A DNA stretch of 64,000 bases from Eledone cirrhosa (Eukaryota), in assembly GCA_964016885.1 (NCBI GenBank), contig OZ024740.1, forward strand, positions 12,090,001 through 12,154,000. Direction: 5' to 3'. A program made the translations under genes and the position numbers. Under the pieces are notes generated by a model, which made no database searches, had not been told where the DNA came from, and saw only the letters and a program-made list of their open reading frames with translations. Numbering within the stretch: the stretch's first letter is position 1; the number at the start of each line of letters is the position of its first letter. Shown one piece after another: positions 51,701-62,056 of the stretch.

Positions 51701-54700
51701 TAACCCTTGTTAGGCCTACTTCAGTACTGACCTGGTCTATGTAGACCTGTCTAACCCTTGTTAACCCTACTTAAGTACTGACTTAATCTATGTAGACCAG
51801 TCTAACCCTTGCTAGCCCTACTTCAGTACTGACTTAGTCTATGTAGACCTGTCTAACCCTTGTTAGCTCTACTTCAGTACTGACTTAGTCTATGTAGACC
51901 TGTCTAACCCTTGATAGCTCTACTTCAGTATTGACTTAATCTATGTAGATCTGTCTAACCCTTGTTAGCTCTACTTCAGTACTGACTTAGTCTATGTAGA
52001 CCTGTCTAACCCTTGTTAGCCTTACTTCAGTACTGACCTGGTCTATGTAGGCCTGTCTAACCCTTGTTAGCCCTACTCCAGTACTGACTTAGTCTATGTA
52101 GACCTGTCTAACCATTGTTAACCCTACTCCAGTACTGACTCAGTCTATGTAGACCTGTCGAACACTTGTTAGACCTACTTGAGTACTGACTTAGTCTATG
52201 TAGACCTGTATAACCCTTGTTAGCCCTACTTCAGTACTGACTTAGTCTATGTAGACCTGTATAACCCTTGTTAGCCCTACTTCAGTACTGACTTAGGCTA
52301 TGTAGACCTGTCTAACCCTTGTTAGCCCTACTTCAGTACTGACCTGGTCAATGTAGACCTGTCTAACCCTGGCAAGCCCTACTTCAGTACTGACTTAGTC
52401 TATGTAGACCTGTCTAACCCTTGTTAGGCCTACTTCAGTACTGACCTGGTCTATGTAGACCTGTCTAACCCTTGTTAACCCTACTTAAGTACTGACTTAA
52501 TCTATGTAGACCAGTCTAACCCTTGCTAGCCCTACTTCAGTACTGACTTAGTCTGTGTAGACCTGTCTAACCCTTGCTATCCCTACTTCAGTACTGACTT
52601 AGTCTATGTAGTCCTGTCTGACCCTTTTTAGCCCTACTTCAGTACTGACTGGGTCGATATAGACCTGTCTAACCCTTGTTAGCCCCACTCCAGTACTGAC
52701 CTGGTCTAAGTAGACCTATCTAACTTTTGTTAGCCCCACTCCAGTACAGTCTTAGTGTGTGGAGACCTGTCTAACCCTTGCTAGCCCTACTTCAGGGATG
52801 ACTGGTCAATGTAGAACAGTCTAACCCATGTTAGCCCTACTTCAGTAGTGACTTACTCTATGTGGACCTGTCTAACCCTTGTTAGCCCTACTTCAGTACT
52901 GACTTAGTCTATGTAGACCTGTCTAACACTTGTTAGGCCTACTTAAGTACTGACTTAGTCTATGTAGACCTGTCTAAACCTTGTTAGCCCTACTCCAGTG
53001 CTGACTGGGTCGATATAGACTGTCTAACCCTTGTAAGCCTTACTTCAGTACTGACTTAGTCTATGTAGACCTGTCTAACCCTTGTTATCCATACTTCAGT
53101 ACAGACCTGTTCTATGTAAACCTGTCTAACCCTTGTTAGCCTACTCCAGTACTGACTTAGTCTATGTACACCTTTCTAAACCTTGTTAGCCTACTCCAGT
53201 ACTGAGTTAGTCTATGTAGACATGTCTAACCCTTGTTAGCTCTACTTCAGTACTGACTTAGTCTATGTAGACCTGTCTAACCCTTGTTAGCCCTACTTCA
53301 GTACTGACTTAGTCTATGTAGACCTGTATAACCCTTGTTAGCCCTACTTCAGTACTGACCTGGTCTATGTAGACCTGTATAACACTTGTTAGCCCTGCTT
53401 CAGTACTGACCTGGTTATGTAGACCTGTCTAACCCTTGTTAGCCCTACTTCAGTACTGACTTAGTCTATGTAGACCTGTCTAACCCTTGTTAGCCTACTC
53501 CAGTACTGACTTAATCTATGTAGACCTCTCTAAACCTTGTTAGCCCTACTTCAGTACTGACTGGGTCGATATAGCCCTGTCTAACCCTTGTTAGCTCTAC
53601 TTCAGTACTTACTTAGTCTATGTAGACCTGTATAACCCTTGTTAGCCCTACTTCAGTACTTACCTGGTCTACGTAGACCTGTATAAACCTTGTTAGCCCT
53701 ACTTCAGTAGTGACATCTTCTATGTAGTCCTGTCTAACCCTTGCTAGCCCTACTTCAGTAATGACGTGGTCTATGTAGACCTGTCTAACCCTTGTGAGCC
53801 CTACTCCAGTACGGACTTAGTCTATGTAGACCTATCTAATTCTTGTTAGCCCCACTCCAGTAAAGACTTAGTCTATGTAGACCTGTCTAACCCTTGCTAA
53901 CCCTACTTCAGTACTGACTTAGTTTACGTAGACCTGTCTTACCCTTGTTAGCCCTACTTCAGTACTGACTTAGTCTATGCAGACCTGTCTAACCCTTGTT
54001 AGCCCTACTTCAGTACTGTCCTGTTCTATGTAGACCTGTCTAACCCTTGTTAGCCTACTCCAGTACTGACTTAGTCTATGTTTTCCTGTCTAACCCGGTT
54101 TAGATCTACTTCAGTACTGACTTAGTCTATGTAGACTGTCTAACCCTTGTTAGACCTAATTCACTACTGACTTAGTCTATGTAGACCTGTCTAACCCTTG
54201 TTAGCCCTACTTCAGTACTGACTTAGTCTATGTTGACAAGTCTAACCCTTGTTAGCCCTACTCCATTGGGTCGATATAGACCTGTCTAACCCTTGCTAGC
54301 TCGACTTCAGTACTGACGTGGTCTATGTAGACCTGTCTAACCTTTGTTAGCCCTACTTCAGTAGTGACATAATCTATGTAGAACTGTCTAACACTTGTTA
54401 GCCCTACTTCAGTACTGACTTAGTCTATGTAAACCTGTATAACCCTTGTTAGCCCTACTTCAATACTGACCTGGTCTATGTAGACCTGTCTAATCCTTGT
54501 TAGTCTACACCAGTACTAACTTAGTCTATGTAGTCCCGTCTAACCCTTGTTAGCCCTACTCTAGTACTGACTTAGTCTATGTAGACCTGTCTAAACCTTG
54601 TTAGCCCTACTTCAGTAGTGACTTAGTCTATGTAGACCTGTCTAACCCTTGTTAGCCCTACTTCAGTGCTGACTTACTCTATGTAGACCTGTATAACCCT

Positions 54701-57557
54701 TGTTAGCCCTGCTTCAGTACTGACTGAGTCGATATAGGCCTGTATAACCCTTGTTAGCCCTACTTCAGTACTGACCTGGTCTATGTAGACCTGTCTAACC
54801 CTTGCTAGCCCTACTTTAGGGTTGACTGGTCAATGTAGACCTGTCTAACCCTTGTTAGCCCTACTTCAGTACTGACTTAGTCTATGTAGACCTGTCTAAC
54901 CCTTGTTAGCCCTACTTAAGTACTGACTTAGTCTATGTAGACCTGTCTAACCCTTGCTAGCCCTACTTCAGTACTGACTTAGTCTATGTAGACCTGTCTA
55001 AACCTTGTTAGCCCAACTCCAGTACTGACTGGGTCGATATAGACCTGTCTAACCCTTGTAAGCCCTACGCCAGTACTCACTTAGTCTATGTAGACCTGTC
55101 TAACCCTTGTTAGCCTTACTTCTGTACTGACTTAGTCTATGTAGACCTGTATAACCCTTGTTAGCCCTACTTCAGTACTGACTTAGTCTATGTAAACCTG
55201 TCTAACCCTTGTTTACCCTACTTCAGTACTGACCTGGTCTATGTAGGCCTGTCTAAACCTTGTTAGCCCTACTCCAGTACTGACTTAGTCTATGTAGACC
55301 TGTCTAACCCGTGTTAACCCTACTCCAGTACTGACGTAGTCTATGTAGACATGTCGAACACTTGTTAGCCCTACTTGAGTACTGACTTAGTCTATGTAGA
55401 CCTGTATAACCCTTGTTAGCCCTACTTCAGTACTGACTTAGTCTATGTAGACCTGTCTAACCCTTGTTAGCCCTACTTCAGTACTGACCTGGTCAATGTA
55501 GACCTGTCTAACCCGTGTTAGCCCAACTTCAGTACTGACTTAGTCTATGTAGACCTGTCTAACCCTTGCAAGCTCTACTTCAGTACTGACCTGGTCTATG
55601 TAGACCTGTCTAACCCTTGTTAACCCTACTTAAGTACTGACTTAATCTATGTAGACCTGTCTAACCCTTGCTAGCCCTACTTCAGTACTGACTTACTCTG
55701 TGTAGACCTGTCTAACCCTTGTTAGCCCTACTTCAGTACTGACTGGGTCGATATAGACCTGTCTAACCCTTGTTAGCCCCACTACAGTACTGACCTGGTC
55801 TAAGTAGACCTATCTAACTTTTGTTAGCCCCACTCCAGTACAGACTTAGTGTGTGGAGACCTGTCTAACCCTTGTTAGCCGTACTTCAGTACTGACTTAG
55901 TCTATGTAGACCTGTCTAACCCTTGTTAGCCCTACTCCAGTACTGACTGAGTCGATATAGACCTGTATAACCCTTCTTAGCACTACTTCAGGGATGACTG
56001 GTCAATGTAGAACAGTCTAACCCATGTTAGCCCTACTTCAGTACTGACTTACTCTATGTGGACCTGTCTAACCCTTGTTAGCCCTACTTCAGTACTGACT
56101 TAGTCTATGTAGACCTGTCTAACCCTTGTTAGCCCTACTTAAGTACTGACTTAGTCTATGTAGACCTGTCTAAACCTTGTTAGCCCTACTCCAGTACTGA
56201 CTGGAACGATATAGACCAGTCTAACCCATGTAAGCCCTACTTCAGTACTGACTTAGTCTATGTAGACCTGTCTAACCCTTGTTAGCCCTACTTCAGTACA
56301 GACATGTTCTATGTGGACCTGTCTAACCCTTGTTAGCCTACTCCAGTACTGACTTAGTCTATGTAGACCTGTCTAACCCTTTTTAGCCCTACTCCAGTAC
56401 TGACTTAGTCTATGTAGACCTGTCTAACCCTTGTTAGCTCTAATTCAGTATTGACTTAGTCTATGTAGATCTGTCTAACCCTTGTTAGCTCTACTTCAGT
56501 ACTGACTTAGTCTATGAAGACCTGTCTAACCCTTGTTAGCCCTACTCCAGTATTGACTGGGTCGATATAGACCTGTCTAACCCTTGTTAGCCCTACTCCA
56601 GTACTGACTTAGTCTATGTAGACCTGTCTAACCCTTGTTAGCTCTACTTCAGTATTGACTTAGTCTATGTAGATCTGTCTAACCCTTGTTAGCCCTACTT
56701 CAGTACTGTCCTGGTCTATGTAGGCCTGTCTAACCCTCGTTAGCCCTACTCCAGTACTGACTGAATCTATGTAGGCCTGTCGAACACTTGTTAGCCCTAC
56801 TTGCGTACTGACTTAGTCTATGTAGACCTGTATAACCCTTGTTAGCCCTACTTCAGTACTGACTTAGTCTATGTAGACCTGTATAACCCTTGTTAGCCCT
56901 ACTTCAGTACTGACTTAGGCTATGTAGACCTGTCTAACCCTTGTTAACCCTACTTCAGTACTGACCTGGTCAATATAGACCTGTCTAACCCGTGTTAGCC
57001 CTACTCCAGTACTGACTTAGTCTATGTAGACCTGTCTAACCCTTGTTAGCTCTACTTCAGTATTGACTTAGTCTATGTAGATCTGTATAACCCTTGTTAG
57101 CTCTACTTCAGTACTGACTTAGTTTATGTAGACTTGTCTAACCCTTGTTAGCCCTACTCCAGTACTGACTGGGTCGATATAGACCTGTCTAACCCTTGTT
57201 AGTCCTACTTCAGTACTGACTTAGTCTATGTAGACCTGTATAACCCTTGTTAGCCCTACTTCAGTACTGACCTGGTCTATGTAGACCTGTATAAACCTTG
57301 TTAGCCCTACTTCAGTACTGACCTGGTTATGTAGACCTGACTAACCCTTGTTAGCCCTACTTCAGCAGTGACATAGTCTATGTAGTCCTGTCTATCCCTT
57401 GTACGCCCTACTTCAGTACTGACGTGGTCTATGTAGACCTGTCTAACCCTTGTGTGCCCTACTCCAGAACTGACTTAATCTATGTAGACCTATCTAATTC
57501 TTGTTAGCCCCACTCCAGTACAGACTTAGTGTATGCAGACCTGTCTAACCCTTGTTA

Positions 57558-57573
57558 GCCCTACTTCAGTAAT
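57558..57573 (+). other. Empty (pre-insertion) paralog of the SINE target site
   Basis: Shares upstream markers with the filled sites (TATCCCTTGTACGCCC, CCAGAACTGACTTAATC, GTGTATGCAGAC) and downstream markers (CCCTAGTTCAG, CCTTACTTCTGTAC, TTAGACTATG). It has a single GCCCTACTTCAGTAAT and no insert. Confidence 0.88.
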
Positions 57574-60500
57574 GACTTAGTCTATCTAGACCTGTCTAAC
57601 CCTTGTTAGCCCTAGTTCAGTACTGACCTGGTCTATGTAAACCTGTTTAACCCTTGTTAGCCTTACTTCTGTACTGACTTAGTATATGTAGACCTGTATA
57701 ACCCTTGTTAGCCCTACTCCAGTACTGACTTAGACTATGTAGACCTATCTAATTCTTGTTAGCCCTACTTCAGTACTGACTTAGTATATGTCGACCTGTC
57801 TAACCCTTGTTAGCCCTACTCCAGTACAGACTTAGTGTATGTAGACCTGTCTAACCCTTGTTAGCCCTACTTCAGTAATGACTTAGTCTATGTAGACCTG
57901 TCTAACCCTTGTTAGCCCTACTTCAGTACTGACTTAGTCTATGTAAACCTGTCTAACACTTGTTAGCCCTATTTCAGTACTGACTTAGTCTATGTCGTCC
58001 TATCTGACCCTTGTTAGCCCCACTCCAGTACTGACCTGGTCTATGTAGTCCTGTCTAAACCTTGTTAGCCCTACTTCAGTACAGACTTAGTCTATGTAGA
58101 CCTGTCTAACCCTTGTTAGCCCTACTTCAGTAGTGACATAGTCTATGTAGTCCTGTCTAACCCTTGCTAGCCCTACTTCAGTACTGACGTGGTCTATGTA
58201 GACCTGTCTAACACTTGTGAACCCTATTCCAGTACTCACTTAGTCTATGTAGACCGGTCTAACCCTTGTTAGCCCTACTTCAGTACTGACTTAGTCTATG
58301 TAGACCTGTCTAACACTTGTTAAACTCTACTTGAGTACTGACTTAGTCTATGTAGACCTGTATAACCCTTGTTAGCCCTACTTCAGTACTGACTTCCTCT
58401 ATGTAGACCTGTATAACCCTTGTTAGCCCTACTTCAGTACTGACCTGGTCTATGTAGACCTGTCTAACACTTGTTAGTCTACTCCAGTACTGACTTAGTC
58501 TATGTAGACCTGTCAAAACCTTGTTAGCCCTACTCCAGTACTGACTTAGTCTATGTAGACCTGTCTAACCATTGTTAGCTCTACTTCAGTACTGACTTAG
58601 TCTATGTAGACCTGTCTAACCCTTGTTAGCTCTACTTCAGTAGTGACTTAGTCTATGTAGTCCTGTCTAACCCTTCTTAGCCCTACTCCAGTACTGACTG
58701 GGTCGATATAGACCTGTCTAACCCTTGTTAGCCCTACTCCAGTACTGACTTAGTCTATGTAGACCTGTATAACCCTTGTTAGCCCTACTTCAGTACTGAC
58801 CTGGTCTATGTAGACCTGTATAACCGTTGTTAGTCCTACTTCAGTACTGACCTGGTTATGTAGACCTGTATAACCCTTGTTAGCCCCTACTTCAGTACTG
58901 ACGTGGACTATGTAGACCTGTCTAAACCTTGTTAGCCCTACTCCAGTACTGACTGGGTCGATATAGACCAGTCTAACCCTTGTAAGCCCTACTTCAGTAC
59001 TGACTTAGTCTATGTATACCTGTCTAACCCTTGTTAGCCTACTCCAGTACTGACTTAATCTATGTAGACCTGTCTAACCCTTTTTAGCACTACTCCAGTA
59101 CAGACTTAGTCTATGTAGACCTGTCTAACCCTTGTTAGCTCTACTCCAGTACTGGCTGGGTCGATATAGACCTGTCTAACCCTTGTTAGCCCTACTTTAG
59201 TACTGACTTAGTCTATGTAAACCTGTCTAACCCTTGTTAGCCCTACTTGAGTACTGACCTGGTCTATGTAGACCTGTATAACCCTTGTTAGCCCTACTTC
59301 AGTACTGACCTGGTTATGTAGACCTGTCTAACCCCTGTTAGCCCTATTTCAGTAGTGACATATTCTATGTAGTCCTGTCTAACCCTTGTTAATCCCTACT
59401 TCAGTACTGATGTGGTCTATGTAGACATGTCTTATCCTAGTTAGCCTACTTCAGTACTGACTTAGTCTATGTAGACCTGTCTAACCCTTGTTAGCCCTAC
59501 TCCAGTACTGACTGGGTCGATATAGACCTGTCTAACCCTTGTTAGCCCTACTTCAGTACTGACTTAGTCTATGTAGACCTGTCTAACCCTTGTTAGCCCT
59601 ACTTTAGTACTGACCTGGTCTATGTAGACCTGTCTAACCCTTGTTAGCCCTACTTCAGTACTGACTTAGTCTATGTAGACCTGTATAACCATTGTTAGAC
59701 CTACTTCAGTACTGACTTAGTCTATGTGGACCTGTCTAAACCTTGTTAACCCCACTCCAGTACTGACGTGGTCTATGTAGACCTGTCTAACCCTTGTTAA
59801 CCCCACTCCAGTACTGATATGGTCTATGGAGACCTGTCTAACCCTTGTTACCCCTACTTCAGTATTGACTTAATCTATGTAGACCTTTCTAACACTTGTT
59901 AGCCGTACTTCAGTATTGATCTGGTCTATGTAGACCTGTCTGACCCTTGTTAGCCCTACTTCAGTACTGACTTAGTCTATGTAGACCTGTATAATACTTG
60001 TTAGCCCTGCTTCAGTACTGACCTGGTTATGTAGACCTGTCTAACCCTTGTTAGCCTACTCCAGTACTGACTTAATCTATGTAGACCTCTCTAACTCTTG
60101 TTATCCCTACTTCAGTACTGACTTAGTCTATGTAGACCTGTCTAAGCCTTGTTAGCCCTACTCCAGTACGGACTGGGTCGATATAGACCTGTCTAATCCT
60201 TGTTAGCTCTAATTCAGTACTTACTTAGTCTATGTAGACCTGTATAACCCTTGTTAGCCCTCCTTCAGTATTGACCTGGTCTACGATGACCTGTATAACC
60301 CTTGTTAGCCCTACTTAAGTAGTGACATAGTCTATGTAGTCCTGTCTAACCCTTGCTAGCCCTACTTCAGTACTGACGGGGTCTATGTAGACCTGTCTAA
60401 CCCTTGTGAGCCCTACTCCAGTACTGACTTAGTCTATGTAGACCTATCTAATTCTTGTTAGCCCCACTCCAGTACAGACTTAGTCTATGTAGACCTGTCT

Positions 60501-62040
60501 AACCCTTGTTAGCCCTACTTCAGTACTGACTTAGTCTATGTAGACCTGTCTAACCCTTGTTAGCCCTACTCCAGTACTGACTGGGTCGATATAGACCTTT
60601 CTAACCCTTGTTAGCCCTACTCCAGTACTGACTTAGTCTATGTAGACCTGTATAACCTTTGTTGACCCTACTTCAGTACTGACCTGGTCTATGTAAACCT
60701 GTATAACCCTTGTTAGCCCTACTTCAGCACTGACCTGGTCTACGTAGAACTGTATAACCCTTGTGAAGCCTACTCCAGTACTCACTTAGTCTATGTAGAC
60801 CTGTCTAACCCTTGTTAGCCTTACTTCTGTACTGACTTAGTCAATGTAGACCTGTATAACCCTTGTTAGCCCTACTCCAGTACTGACTTAGTCTATGTAG
60901 ACCTATCTAATTCTTGTTAGCTCTACTTCAGTACTGACTTAGTCTATGTAGACCTGTCTAACCCTTGTTAGCTCTACTTCAGTACTGACTTAGTCTATGA
61001 AGACCTGTCTAACCCTTGTTAGCCCTACTCCAGTATTGACTGGGTCGATATAGACCTGTCTAACCCTTGTTAGCCCTACTCCAGTACTGACTTAGTCTAT
61101 GTAGACCTGTCTAACCCTTGTTAGCTCTACTTCAGTATTGACTTAGTCTATGTAGATCTGTCTAACCCTTGTTAGCCCTACTTCAGTACTGTCCTGGTCT
61201 ATGTAGGCCTGTCTAACCCTCGTTAGCCCTACTCCAGTACTGACTGAATCTATGTAGGCCTGTCGAACACTTGTTAGCCCTACTTGCGTACTGACTTAGT
61301 CTATGTAGACCTGTATAACCCTTGTTAGCCCTACTTCAGTACTGACTTAGTCTATGTAGACCTGTATAACCCTTGTTAGCCCTACTTCAGTACTGACTTA
61401 GGCTATGTAGACCTGTCTAACCCTTGTTAACCCTACTTCAGTACTGACCTGGTCAATATAGACCTGTCTAACCCGTGTTAGCCCTACTCCAGTACTGACT
61501 TAGTCTATGTAGACCTGTCTAACCCTTGTTAGCTCTACTTCAGTATTGACTTAGTCTATGTAGATCTGTATAACCCTTGTTAGCTCTACTTCAGTACTGA
61601 CTTAGTTTATGTAGACTTGTCTAACCCTTGTTAGCCCTACTCCAGTACTGACTGGGTCGATATAGACCTGTCTAACCCTTGTTAGTCCTACTTCAGTACT
61701 GACTTAGTCTATGTAGACCTGTATAACCCTTGTTAGCCCTACTTCAGTACTGACCTGGTCTATGTAGACCTGTATAAACCTTGTTAGCCCTACTTCAGTA
61801 CTGACCTGGTTATGTAGACCTGACTAACCCTTGTTAGCCCTACTTCAGCAGTGACATAGTCTATGTAGTCCTGTCTATCCCTTGTACGCCCTACTTCAGT
61901 ACTGACGTGGTCTATGTAGACCTGTCTAACCCTTGTGTGCCCTACTCCAGAACTGACTTAATCTATGTAGACCTATCTAATTCTTGTTAGCCCCACTCCA
62001 GTACAGACTTAGTGTATGCAGACCTGTCTAACCCTTGTTA

Positions 62041-62056
62041 GCCCTACTTCAGTAAT
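62041..62056 (+). other. Second empty paralog of the SINE target site
   Basis: Same context as 57558, offset by 4483 bp. Confidence 0.88.
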
